Positions 13,083-25,330 of a stretch of 64,000 nt of DNA are shown in pieces. The stretch's first letter is position 1; each line of letters opens with the position of its first letter. The notes under the pieces were generated by a model, which worked only from the letters and a program-made list of their open reading frames with translations, was not told the origin of the DNA and did no database searches. The stretch comes from Squalus acanthias. Taxonomy: Eukaryota. Both the position numbers and the translations under genes were made by a program. The stretch is from positions 1,240,001 through 1,304,000 of the forward strand of contig JASTWF010000046.1 in the NCBI GenBank assembly GCA_030390025.1, read 5' to 3'.

Positions 13083-13292
13083 ACAAATATACACACATAC
13101 ATAAACAGACACAGAAATACACATACATTCAAACACACTCAGAAAGGGGCAGAATCACGCACACATCACACATACGTATAAACACACAGAAATACATATA
13201 GATACATAGATACTCACACATACATAAACAAACATACACAGGTACATTCTCACCCGTATCCATACAAACATAAATATATACATAAACACACA
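13083..13292. repeat. Degenerate (CA)/(TACA)-rich microsatellite
   Basis: acacacatacataaacagacacaga... low-complexity sequence. Confidence 0.8.
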
Positions 13293-14255
13293 GGCTCCGC
13301 ACTATGCTGGTTGAATGATACATTATGAGTGTTCAATTGGAGGAGAAATCATGTAGAACAGTTCGTTGTACACAATTATGTCACATGGATTGCACAAAAC
13401 TGGTCACCATCTGAGCTTATGGTGGGGGGGGGGGGCCCCACGGTTATTGTAAGGGGGTCGGGGCGGCCCCTCAGCGTTGGACTTTCTCAGATCACGTGAA
13501 GAAAGCAGGACCTGAAGGTGGATGCAATTAAATCCCGATTCCTACAGCCATCCCTACTAGAATTTTACCAGTGACTTTCAAAAGAGAGTAAGATTCTGCT
13601 CCGGGAAAGTAATTTATACGGTTTGGTGCTGACTGACTGACTAGTTCGGCCAAGTGACCACCCTGGATCTGCAATGATTTCGCCGTTGGAAAGTCCAGGC
13701 GGTTTGGGTGGAAGAAATGCTGCTCGCAATGTGTCACCAGACGGGCGCTGTTTCCTACTCCCACAGGCAGTGTGATGGCAGGTGTCCAACCAGCCTCGCC
13801 ACGTGGCCAAATGGTCAGTACTCTCTACAACTTGGTTACATCTGACCTGACGGTACTGCAATTTACGGAAAGGTGTCTCAAAGAAAGTAATGATAATCGA
13901 AGAATCGTTATTCTAGAACGCGGCAGGCTAACTCTTTTCTACACTGACTATCAAATGCACAGAGAATTACAAAATGAGTGCATGGACGGAAGTGACAGAT
14001 TGGGGCATCTGATCCACCAAATCTCCTGACCAGCTGCAATATTCTTGATTCCGTCTGGTTATTTAGAACTGCTGCAGATTTAAAGGAAGGTAGAGTGGAA
14101 CGGACCAAGGGCAGAATTCACCATCTGCTTCCAGTAAAGGGCGAGAAGTTAGGAGTTAGATTTTAAAATCATTCGCCAGTCTAGAAAATTGTATGGTCCT
14201 TAAAACAATTCAGAAACTAATCTGGAGTTAGATATAACTGTTTCTCTCTCTGCCG

Positions 14256-14511
14256 ATGCAAAATACAGCGGATACTGGAAATCGGAAATAAAAACAACAT
14301 GCTGGAAATACTCAGCAGGTCAGGTAGCATCTGTGGAGAGAGAAGCAGAGTCAACGTTTCAGGTCGGAGAGAAGAGGAAGAAATCAGTTCCATGGGGTTC
14401 AGTTTCAGTTCTGACGAAGGGTCATTGACCCGAAACGCTAACTCTGTTTCTCTCTCCGACGATGCTGCCTGATCTGCTGAGTGTTTCCAGCAATTTCTGT
14501 TTTTATTTCAG
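14256..14511. mobile_element. Penelope-like pseudo-LTR foldback element (inverted arms) with hammerhead motif
   Basis: Left arm aaataaaaac..gctggaaatactcagcaggtcagg..gcatctgtggagagagaagcagagtcaacgtttcaggtc is the imperfect reverse complement of right arm 14426-14511; CTGACGA..GAAAC core between them. Confidence 0.75.
14407..14443 (+). ncRNA. Minimal type I hammerhead ribozyme motif (probably inactivated)
   Basis: AGTT-CTGACGA-A-GGGTC-ATT-GACCC-GAAAC-GCT-AACT; the GTT triplet seen in sister copies is GCT here. Confidence 0.7.
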
Positions 14512-14622
14512 GAGTTAGAAGTGTCCATCTGTGACATGGAACCTCCGTTGGGCTGCCTGGTTTAGTTCTCTTGGCTGGAAGAGAGTAAGCTTATGCAGTG
14601 TGATTGTACACAGTTCTCAGTT

Positions 14623-14684
14623 TCATAGAAACATAGAAACATAGAATCTAGGAGCAGGAGTAGGCCATTCGGCCCGTCGAGCCT
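14623..14684 (-). mobile_element. Extreme 3' stub of CR1 (~60 bp)
   Basis: catagaaacatagaaacataga tail followed by ggagcaggagtaggccattcggcccgtcgagcct. Confidence 0.8.
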
Positions 14685-15364
14685 ACAAGGCGATGATTTT
14701 CTCTCTCCGAATTTTAGAAAATAAATATCAAAACGGTCAACCGTGTCGCAGCAGTCTGCCAGCATTAAGGGATGCATTAAGGAAGTTACAACTAAATGGC
14801 AGAGAGAAGGAGACGCCTTTACCTATCAGGACGGAAGACCATCTTTTAAGGCGAGCTCATAGAAGCAAAGGTAGAGGAGGTAAAGGTAGTGGCCTTCCCT
14901 CACCAGTGAGAAAGACACATAAAAACAGTAACTGTATGCTTTATGTATAACCCCCCCATTACTCAACCAGTTAAGCAATCACCACTGTGCATTTCCTGTT
15001 TTGGTAATGCTAGTTTAACCACTAATCTTAAGATTCAAGACTCGTGTAGCAGCAGTCTGTAGTTCCCAAAATGGCACATCACAAAGGGCTATATCTACAC
15101 AGTGCCTTATGAGCAGTGGACTGTCCGCTCTAAAGCAGCAATAATAATGCGAGAAAGCTGAGGTTGCACAGGGAGCCACATATAAGCCAGTGGATAAAGG
15201 CTGCCGCAGAGTATAGGCACTATAAATGCAGTAGGGGCTAGATGTGGGCTTTGACACAGAGTGGGGCGGACTGGCTTCATTCCCAGCCCCAATTACACTG
15301 CAATATCCCGTTATGGCTCTTGCTTTACTTCTATTGTTTCCGTCTTCAATGACCGATCAGCGAG

Positions 15365-16540
15365 AGGCCCATATCCTCAGCTGGTGGGGCCCATTCCCTC
15401 AGCTGGCGGAGCCCATTCCCTCAGCTGGCGGAGCCCATTCCCTCAGCTGGCGGGGCCCATTCCCTCAGCTGGCGGGGCCCATTACCTCAGCTGGCGGGGC
15501 CCATTCCCTCAGCTGGCGGGGCCCATTCCCTCAGCTGGCGGGGCCCATTCCCTCAGCTGGCGGGGCCCATTCCCTCAGCTGGCGGGGCCCATTCCCTCAG
15601 CTGGCGGGGCCCATTCCCTCAGCTGGCGGGGCCCCTGCCCCCTCAGTTGGCGGGGCCCCTGCCCCTCAGTTGGCGGGGCCCCTGCCCCTCAGTTGGCGGG
15701 GCCCCTGCCCCTCAGTTGGCGGGGCCCCTGCCCCTCAGCTGGCGGGGCCCATACCCTCAGCTGGCGGGGCCCATACCCTCAGCTGGCGGGGCCCATTCCC
15801 TCACCTGGCGGGGCCCATTCCCTCAGTTGACGGAGCCCCTGCCCCTCAGCTGGCGGGGCCCATTCCCTCAGTTGGCGGGGCCCATTCCCTCAGTTGGCGG
15901 GGCCCATTCCCTCAGCTGGCGGGGCCCATTCCCTCAGCTGGCGGGGCCCATTCCCTCAGCTGGCGGGGCCCATTCCCTCAGCTGGCGGGGCCCATGCCCT
16001 CAGCGGGCGGGGCCCATGCCCTCAGCGGGCGGGGCCCATTCCCTCAGCGGGCGGGGCCCATGCCCTCAGCGGGCGGGGCCCATGCCCTCAGCGGGCGGGG
16101 CCCATGCCCTCAGCGGGCGGGGCCCATGCCCTCAGCGGGCGGGGCCCATGCCCTCAGCGGGCGGGGCCCATGCCCTCAGCGGGCGGGGCCCATGCCCTCA
16201 GCGGGCGGGGCCCATGCCCTCAGCGGGCGGGGCCCATGCCCTCAGCGGGCGGGGCCCATGCCCTCAGCGGGCGGGGCCCATGCCCTCAGCGGGCGGGGCC
16301 CATGCCCTCAGCGGGTGGGGCCCATGCCCTCAGCGGGTGGGGCCCATGCCCTCAGCGGGTGGGGCCCATGCCCTCAGCGGGTGGGGCCCATGCCCTCAGC
16401 GGGTAGGGCCCATGCCCTCAGCTGGTGGGGCCCATGCCCTCAGCTGGTGGGGCCCATGCCCTCAGCGGGTGGGGCCCATTCCCTCAGCTGGTGGGGCCCA
16501 TTCCCTCAGCTGGTGGGGCCCCTGCCCCTCAGCTGGTGGG
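15365..16540. repeat. GC-rich 22/23-bp minisatellite, ~53 units, intronic
   Basis: Unit GGGCCCAT(T/G)CCCTCAGC(T/G)GG(C/T)G; variant blocks arranged in order. Confidence 0.97.
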
Positions 16541-17383
16541 CAGCGTTTCGAGTCTGGTTTGGTTCCCGTCCAGACTGCCAAAGTGTCACTCCCAAACTCT
16601 ATCTAATTAAAGCTGGAGCATATCCCAGGCCCCCCCCCCCAAAAAAAGGCAGAAAGTAAGCCAAAGGAAAGGCCTAGATTGCAGACATTCATCACAGCTA
16701 ACGTCCGGCTTACCCAGAGTAGAAGTGGGAAGTTGCTACTCGGAACTATAAACATTTGAGGAACTTCCCGGTGATTAAAATCAGAACAAGTCAGATTCAT
16801 TAACCTGGTCATACCAGCCGGTCAATGTGGCACTGGTAATCTGGGGTTAATGTGGATGTGTCATTTACCTGGCATAGCCTTCAGGCAGCAGAGACCTTGC
16901 TGTACCTTGGATTACGGCTAGGGTCTTCCAGCATCCTCTGGAAAGCAGCATTGCAGCCCTCCAAAAAACCACACGCCAGCAAGCAGGCCTGAAAAGCGAA
17001 TCTCCCAGGTCAGGCACTGCATAGCAGCGTTATAGCCCACTCTGGTCAGTCCCAACAATCTGTCTCAGCCCCAACCTCAAGGACGTGCTCTACTGCACCA
17101 GTTCCCATTGACTCCTCTCGCCCTCCTGTGGTTTTTCTCAGTTTCTAAGATTTGAGCCCAGGTCCCAGCCATAAAAGACCAGCGCGTTGTTTTGTACGTT
17201 TCAATAAGTGGTGGCATTGGGAACAACTGTAAGTACCCCATCTCTATTTTAAAGAACCCACTACAAATAAAAAAATCTTCCTAAGTGGAAAAAAACTGTC
17301 GTATCAAAAAAAAAGTTGTCAACTTTGGATCAATAGATTCAACCCCCTGCGGTGCCCAATGGTTCCGGAAGCTTCTATAATAT

Positions 17384-17825
17384 GGGCAGGGTAGCCTAGT
17401 GGTTGTAGTACGAGACTAGCGACCCAGAGGTTGCGAGTTCAATTCCCCCAAAGCAAGTTCTGAAATCTGGTTATTTGTGGGGTGGCAGCAGAAAATGGCC
17501 AAGGAAGCTCCCAGAACTGGTGACACAGGAAGGAGCAGTTCCGCCATACTATTAGATCATGGCCGATCTGTAACCCAACTCCAATTACCCGCCTTTGATC
17601 CATATCCCTCCATACCCTTACCTAGATGTCAACCACATCCCAAATGTAAATTAAATAGTGGACGTTTCATGGTCATCCGGGTTCACTAAAGCCCTTCAAT
17701 TCAGGGAACTTGGCAGCCACATGCGGTCTCCCCTCCAATGGGACTCCACCCCCACACAATGTCGTTGACTCAAAGCCACTCGGGATAGGCATAAATACCT
17801 CACCAGTGTCAGCCATATGTAAAAA
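17384..17825 (+). mobile_element. Degenerate tRNA-derived SINE (with a small antisense CR1 3' fragment at ~17520-17620)
   Basis: Pol III A box TAGCCTAGTGG and B box GAGTTCAATTC at 17391-17445; body ggttcactaa...caatgtcgttgactc; tail gggataggcataaat resembles the 3' end of the LINE at 31538-33427. Confidence 0.6.
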
Positions 17826-18919
17826 GATGTGAGACCTAGTGTTCCATGGCCATCCAGGCAAGCTGTTAAGAAACCTTGCCCTGCAATCCCAAGTATCCTG
17901 GGTGAGTGCGGCTGATTTCACCAAGCCCAGAAGTAAAGGCACCAGGAGGTCCTCCCACTTCTGTATTATGTGGCCAAACACAAACATCACTGTACAAAAG
18001 TGGAATGAGAAATTAAGTAGCTTCCATTTCGAAGAGCAGAAAGGCCAGTATCTACCACACTCTCATCAAGATCCCTCCTAACATCACCATCAGTGCATCT
18101 CAAATCATGATTATTGTCCAAAGTGAAGTTCCCTTAATTACTAACATGAGCTCACTTTATTCTTTTTCTCCTGTCTGGGAGAACGGAGCTTCAGTTTAAC
18201 AGGAGCAGCTAGTAATTCTTATGAACAGTTAGCAGGACAGCGATGGGGCTTCTGCTGTGGGCTGAATTATATCGGACATCAGCAATGTTAGTTTTTCCTT
18301 GCTTATCCCAGAGTCTGAGATTCTATTAATCCGCAGATAATCCTACTAATGGTTAGTCAATAACTCGGTTAATAGTGTATTAACAAAAGCAAGCCATTGT
18401 TTTAGCCAATAGTGCGTCATTTCCTGTTATCATCTGGTAACACGTGTAAGATTTCCAAACAGCCAATGGCTATCAATTAAGTAGCAAGCATCCAGCTTGG
18501 TTTGGTAGATAAAAGGACAACAGAAACTGGCATTAGATGCCACTACAGCATTTAGCGTACTAGAAACACACACGTCCTTCAAAACCATCTTTAATGCCAT
18601 TTCCAAGACCCTGTGATCGAATCGCTATATGAGGAGGTATTTTACCTATAAACACCAGTAGTAAGCAACCAACCCGTTCGTGTTAGCTTATCACAGCATG
18701 CTCTCAAACTTGTGCACAACTTCAAACTAGTGTTTTGGAGTCAGTCTACAAATTGTAGCACTGCTCGTTTATATCTATCTCAGCCAACAGAAGGGTCCGT
18801 CCGTCCATGTTTCACAATCCTCCACAGCCGTGAACAGGTAAGAATTGAACAATTTGTGTAGGGAGCCCCATCAAGATGGATCCACTTGAATAGGTGCGTT
18901 TCCGAGCACCTCTTGGTTC

Positions 18920-19641
18920 GACACGCCCCGGAGGGTTTGGGGTCCGGCATGCCCTGGAGGGTTTGGGGTCCGACACGCCCCGGAGGGTTTGGGGTCCGAC
19001 ACGCCCCAGAGGGTTTGGGGCCCGGCACGCCCCGGAGGGTTTGGGGTCCGACACGCCCCGGAGGGTTTGGGGTCCGACACGCCCCGGAGGGTTTGGGGTC
19101 CGACACGCCCCAGAGGGTTTGGGGTCCGACACGCCCCAGAGGGTTTGGGGTCCGACACGCCCCAGAGGGTTTGGGGTCCGACACGCCCCAGAGGGTTTGG
19201 GGTCCGACACGCCCCAGAGGGTTTGGGGTCCGACACGCCCCGGAGGGTTTGGGGTCCGACACGCCCCGGAGGGTTTGGGGTCCGACACGCCCCGGAGGGT
19301 TTGGGGTCCGACACGCCCCGGAGGGTTTGGGGTCCGACACGCCCCGGAGGGTTTGGGGTCCGACACGCCCCGGAGGGTTTGGGGTCCGACACGCCCCGGA
19401 GGGTTTGGGGTCCGACACGCCCCGGAGGGTTTGGGGTCCGACACGCCCCGGAGGGTTTGGGGTCCGACACGCCCCGGAGGGTTTGGGGTCCGACACGCCC
19501 CGGAGGGTTTGGGGTCCGACACGCCCCGGAGGGTTTGGGGTCCGACACGCCCCGGAGGGTTTGGGGTCCGACACGCCCCGGAGGGTTTGGGGTCCGACAC
19601 GCCCCAGAGGGTTTGGGGTCAGACATGCCCCAGAGGGTTTG
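18920..19641. repeat. Highly homogeneous 26-bp minisatellite, ~28 units, intronic
   Basis: Unit GACACGCCCC(G/A)GAGGGTTTGGGGTCC. Confidence 0.98.
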
Positions 19642-20139
19642 CTGTACACCCTTCTGGCCCACATTTGGCCGTTTGATCAACACTCAACTCGCCTCTGCAA
19701 TCCAGTGAGCTTGCAGTCCAAGGGTATTTCAGAAATAACCTGAATAGAATTAACACCCAAGATCTCTTGCACAGAAGAGGAGAACCTCTTCTCTCTGAAG
19801 GACATCTTCACTACATCACAAAATCTCTGTCTCTATTGCAATAGACAAGCTCTGGAAGTGCTGAGTTGAGATCAAATCTGCCTTTATTGCCATCCTAAAA
19901 GGTAACCTGACAACCTGCATTTAAAAAAACAATTAGTCAGTTCTGATGAAAGGGTACCTTAGCCTGCATTTTCTCTTTCAAATGCCCTTTAGAATGTAGT
20001 GGGTTGCCCAGTGTCATCAACTGTAGACTCGTTTTTAAATGTGACCTTACCCTACCACACTCCACTCCACTTGAAACCTCTGCAAATAGACAAGATACTG
20101 TAATTTAGCTGGTTGAAGTTAACTATTAATTTAAGTTCC

Positions 20140-22211
20140 CCAACAAATCTAGAGCTCCCTGGATGTCAAGAAGCATACAGGGTAGGATAATGAAAAAAAG
20201 GGAAGCTTATGACAGATACCGCAGACTCAATGCTGCAGAAAACCAGGAGGAGTATAGAAAATGCAGGGGTGAAATTAAAAAGGAAATTAGGAAAGCAAAG
20301 AGAGGGCATGAAAAAATATTGGCAAGTAAAATCAAGGAAAACCCAAAGATGTTTTATAAATAAATTAAGAGCAAGAGGATAACTAATGTAAGAGTAGGGC
20401 CTATAAGGGACCATAAAGGTAACCTGTGTGTGGAAGCAGAAGTTATAGTTATGGTTCTTAATGAATACTTGGCGTCTGTTTTCACAAAAGAGAAGGACGA
20501 TGCAGACATTGCAATCAGGGAGGAGGAGTGTGAAATATTAGATGAAATAAACATAGTGAAGGAGGAAGTATTAAGGAGTTTAGCATCTTAGAAAGTGGAT
20601 AAATCCCCAGGCCCGGATTAAATGTATCCCAGATTGTTAAGAGAAGAATACTCTCTGGCTACAGGTGTGGTGCCAGAGGACTGGAGGACTGCTAACGTGG
20701 TACCGTTGTTTAAAAAGGGAGAAAGGGATAGACCGAGTAATTACAGGCCAGTCAGCCTAACCTCAGTGGTGGGAAAATTATTGGAAAAAATTGAAGGACA
20801 GGATAAATCTTCATTTAGAAAGACACGGATTAATCAGGGACAGTCGGCATGGATTTGTTAAGCGAAGGTCATGTCTGACTAACTTGATTGAATTTTTTGA
20901 GGAGGGCCAATGAAGGTAGTGCGTTTGATGTAGTCTATATGGATTTTAGCAAAGCTTTTGATAAGGCCCCACATGGCAGACTGGTCACGAAAGTAAAAGC
21001 CCATGGGATCCAAGGCAAAGTGGCAAGTTGGATCCAAAATTGGCTCAGAGGCAGGAAACAAAGTAACGGTCGAAGGGTGTTTTTGTAACTGGAAGGCTGT
21101 TTCCAGTGGGGTTCTGCAGGGCTCAGTACTGGGTCCTTTGCTTTTTGTGGTATATATCAATGATTTGGACTTGAATGTAGGAAGTATGATTAAGAAGTTT
21201 GCAGATGATAAAAAAATTGGCCGTGTGGTTGATAATGAAGAAGAAAGCTGCAGACTGTAGGAAGATATCAATGGACTGGTCAGGTGGACAGAACAATGGC
21301 AAATGGAATTCAATCTGGAGAAGTGTGAGGTAATGCATTTGGGGAGGGCTAACAAGGCAAGGGAATACACTATAAATGGTAGGACACTGAAAAGTGCAGA
21401 AGATCAGAGGGACCTTGGAGTGCATGTCCACTGATTCCTGAAGGTAGGACAGGTAGATAAGGTGGTTAAGAAGGCATACGGGATAATTGCCTTTATTAGC
21501 CAAGGCATTGAATATAAGAGCAGGGGGGTTATGCTTGAACTGTATAAAACACTAGTTAGGCCACAGCTAGAGTACTACGTGCAGTTCTGGTCACATTACA
21601 GGAAGGATGTGATTGCACTAGAGGGGGCGCAGAGGAGATTTACAAGGATGTTGCCTAGGCTGGGGAATTTTAGCTATGAGGAAAGATTGGATAGGCTGGG
21701 GTTGTTTTCTTTGGAACAGAGGCGGCTGAGGAGAGACCTAATTGAGGTGTCTTCGCCGGGAGCAAGCGGAAGCCAAGCGCAGGCAGCGCACATCAACCCA
21801 AGCACCCCACCCACCCGTTCAACCACCTATGACAGAGACTGTAGGTCCCGCATTGGACTCATCAGTCACCTGCGAACTCATAAAATTATGAGGGGCCTAG
21901 ATAGAGTGGATAGGAAGGACCTATTTCCCTTAGCAGAGAGGTCAATAACCAGGGGGCACAGATTTAAAGTAATTGGTCGGAGGTTTAGAGGGGATTTGAG
22001 GAGAATTTTTTGTGGAACTCACTGCCTGAAAGGGTGGTAGAGGCAGAGACCCTCATCACATTTAAAAAGTACTTGGATATGCACTTGAAGTGCCTTAACC
22101 TATAAGGCTAGGGACCAAGTGCTGGAAAGTGGGATTAGCTCTTTGTGGGCCGGCACGGACAAGATGGGCCGAATGGCCTCCTTCTGTGCTGTAAATTTCT
22201 ATGATTCTATG
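20140..22211 (+). mobile_element. 5'-truncated, decayed CR1 LINE ORF2
   Basis: WRTANVVPLFKKG, DFSKAFDK, FADD, RPQLEYYVQFW with stops and frameshifts; tail tttctatgattctatg (CR1 ATTCTRTG octamer). Confidence 0.92.
21751..21879 (+). mobile_element. 129-bp RTE-type LINE C-terminal fragment inside the CR1
   Basis: Encodes ...DRDCRSRIGLISHLRTH (C2H2-like end typical of RTE-clade ORFs); splits the CR1 sequence gaggtgt|ataaaatt. Confidence 0.65.
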
Positions 22212-22399
22212 TCCTAGCAGTTCTATTTATGGTCAATAGCTGCTGCGAGGTGTTGATTTTACTTGATATTCCGTTCTGATAGCCAGAACCTACTGCTAAC
22301 CCCCTGCCTGAAAGCCCAGTTCACTTCTCTCTCTCTGTCAAGTGCTAAGTATGAATTGTTGCGGATCGGTTAAGCTGTTCTCTCAATAATTCACGGGTT

Positions 22400-23060
22400 G
22401 TTCGACTGGCAGCAACTTTATTGGCCGGATGGCACAAGGTGTGGGGCGGGGCTGGTGAAGCAGTTTGAGTTGCAGGGTCTGGGATGCACTGAAAGATGTT
22501 GCAGGAGAAGCTGCTGGGCGCCGCGCTCTGTCGCCATTCACAGCCTGCCGCCCTGTGGCCGCCCCTCGCCCTGCAGCCGGCGGCCGGCCTTGAAATGGCG
22601 GCTCTGGGGCCCGTCAGAGAGCCGTCGCCAGGCCCAGCGACCCCGCAACAGCCCCGGGGGAGAGGGCGCGGCTCCCCGACTCCAGCCCCCATCACCGAGC
22701 GGAGAGGCCTGAGGCCTACTGCGACCCCACCCCACCCCGAGCGCCGGCGGGGCTCAGGCCCAGGCCCGGTGGGTGAACGAACTGCCGAGACCCCGGGGGC
22801 CGGGCCGGGCTTCGAGCGGCGCCGCGCTGAGAGTTGAGCAGAAAGCGATTACCTGTGGAGGCTTGCTCGGGCCCCGCCGTGTTCCCCGACCGCTCGGTGC
22901 TGCCTGTGTGTCCGGCCCCGCTGAGCGCTCCCTCCCCCCGCGCGCTGCCCGGAGCCCGAGCCCGGCTCCCGGACCGACACGCCCACCTGTCAATCAGGGC
23001 GCGCGGGGCCGGCGCGCACCACCCCCGGGCAACATGGGGCCAGTGCAAGGCGGTGGCAAC
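22400..23060 (-). promoter_or_regulatory. CpG island; likely promoter of the LRIF1-like gene
   Basis: Very high GC and CpG density, non-repetitive, GC boxes (ggggcgggg at 22443; gggcgggg near 23107 and 23148); contains a minus-strand donor. Confidence 0.8.
22853..22985 (-). other. Putative non-coding first exon of LRIF1-like gene (5' end approximate)
   Basis: Donor CAG|GTAATC at 22853/22852 inside the CpG island, same strand as the coding exons; no ATG in the exon. Confidence 0.6.
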
Positions 23061-24386
23061 TTCAGGGAGTTAAATCAGAGCCGCTGCAATTCAGAGGGTT
23101 AATGCAGGGCGGGGACAATTGCAGGAAGAATTCTGAGGACAATTGCAGGGCGGGGAAAATGCAAAAGGTTGTGCAATTCGGTCGGTAAAAAAACACGGGG
23201 GTAAACCGGGAGGCGGGGAAGGCAAAGGCAGAACTTGAGGAATGAGTGACAGGCAGGGGGCAATTCCCAGGGTGAATTCAGGGCATGAGGGATCCAAGGC
23301 AAGGGAATAGCCTGGGGGTGACGTGGTGTGGGGGTGAAGTGGCCGTGGTGTGGGGCTGGGGACATTTCAGGGAGTAAATGCAAGACACTGGGCGCACACC
23401 CAACATAGCCTGGGTGCAGGGCGACAGGAGGGGCGATTCAGGGATATATGCACGGTGGAAATTAATTGATAAAATACAATGGCAGTACAAACAATGCACA
23501 GTTGTTGGGGATAGAGAGCAGGTCAGAGGCATCAGGCACATAGGGTAGGGACATAGTTTGGGGGCTGGGATAATTGAAGGGTAAACACAGGGGAATTGGG
23601 AGACAGGCTTGGCCCACAGCACAGACTCGGCAGGGGAAAGCACCGAAGCCCATTAAGTGTAACTGAGTTCAGGGCAGGAGCGGGGGCATCGGAGAAAATA
23701 CCGAGCACAAGGCAGGATTAGCGGCACTGAGTACAGGCATCCGAGCAAGTGCGCCGGCTGCTGTCCTTGTAAACACCAAGCGGGGGTTAAGATGTCACGA
23801 GCAAATCTAGTTGCTTGGAGTGCAGAGATGAGGCAGGAGACAGCGGGCACTGAGGCCTGGGCAATGGGTGTTGCTTTTTCCTCCCACCGCCCTCCTCTCC
23901 CAAGGCAGAATGCAGCGCGCACACACGAGAGAGCGGCACAAAAACAGGGTGGGCGGGCTGGAAGATTTTCGGTCGCTAATGTGTAAACATCTGCACGGAG
24001 AGTCATGGGAGGAGGGGGGAAGAGATCGGTCTGCAAAGGACTAATCTTACATCGGCCTAGTTATTCCAACAACGAGTTAACAGCGCGCACTGTCCACGGA
24101 AGTGCGTGCCTGCCAGTATACCGTGCCTTTTATGGGTAGCTTGATTCTGCTGCGAAAGTTGCTCACGATTTTACGCGGACGGAGTATCAATTCGCAGCTT
24201 GTCAACACAAAACCAGAAAACCCAGCAGCCCTTTTTTTATAATCTCGGGGCTACGTTACACGTTATTGTTGCCGTTGAAAATATCAACCTATGAATTGTG
24301 TACAGCAAGCAGCCAGTTGAAAGGGCGGGAGCAGTCTGAGCCTGCCTGTGAATGAAGCGGGGATGCAGTGCAGTCTTTTTACTCAC

Positions 24387-24500
24387 CCGGTGCAGCGAGT
24401 GCTGGGAATGCAGCGGTCAGTCGGCAGCTGCAGCCGCTATTGTTCCTCCCGCATGCTGGGTCACCGGCCCACGTGGTCTGGTGCTCCCCTTGGGCTCTCG
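24387..24500 (-). other. Possible alternative upstream first exon in a second CpG-rich patch (23650-24800)
   Basis: Donor CGG|GTGAGT at 24387/24386; ETS-like CGGAAGTG at 24097; short uORF MREEQ*. Confidence 0.35.
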
Positions 24501-24829
24501 GCGGATTTGCGTTCCAAACACTCACTTTGCTTTGAAACCCAATCGTGCATTTTCACCCAGGCCCCGAATTCCCCCTGTTAAGGCCCGACGTTCCCATGTA
24601 AGAATGTATCTCTTCGGGAACGTGCCGCTCCTCTCCAGTCTCCAAGTGTCCTCCCTCTTCCTTCCCCAGTCGCCAACTTCCCCCCCCCCCTCATTAACCG
24701 CTCCTGCTTATCAGTGAAGCGGAGCCGAATGGCAGGCCGCAGCCCACAGGACGTTGCTGCTTTAAAAGGCACTTGTGTTTCACAGACATGAGTGACGTTT
24801 CTCCCTCACTACATTTCCGGAGCAATGGA

Positions 24830-25330
24830 ATTGAAAAGTAGGGAAGTGATGTTAAACTTGTATCGAACCCTAGCCAGACCACACTTGGAGTACTGTGACA
24901 GTTCTGATCTCCATATTACAAAAAGGATATAGAGGCACTGAGGACGGTGCAAAAAAGTTTTACAAGGATAAATACCAGAATTGAGAGGTTATCAGGAAAG
25001 ACTCAACAGGCTGGGGCTCTTTTCTCTAGAAAAGAGAAGGCTGAGGGGTGACCTGACAGAAGTCTTTAAAATTATGAAGGGGTCTGATACGGTAGACGTA
25101 GAAAAGATGTGTCCATTTCTGGGGGGTCCAAAACTAGGGGCCATAAATATAAGATAGTCACTAACAAATCCAATAAGGAATTCAGGAGTGCTTAGAATGT
25201 GGCACTTGATATCACAGGGAGTAGTTGAGGCAAATAGCATAGATGCATTTAAGGGGAAGCTAGATAAGTACATGAGAGAGAAAGGAATAGAAGGATGTAC
25301 TGATAGGGTGAGCTGGAGTAGGGTGGGAGG
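24830..25330 (+). mobile_element. CR1 3' fragment
   Basis: agaccacacttggagtactgtg (RPHLEYC), aggggtgacctgacagaagtc, VVEANSIDAFKGKLDKYM. Confidence 0.85.

Noticed and set aside
13555-13765. Possible old DNA-transposon (MITE) remnant
   Set aside because: It is CpG-rich, but I could not identify matching TIRs or a TSD.
17384-17460. tRNA gene
   Set aside because: It has A and B boxes but no convincing cloverleaf or acceptor stem, and it continues into SINE body sequence.
15244-19743. Long Gly/Pro-rich ORFs of 240-470 aa
   Set aside because: They arise from 22-bp and 26-bp minisatellites whose unit length is not a multiple of 3, so the same peptide cycles through all frames.
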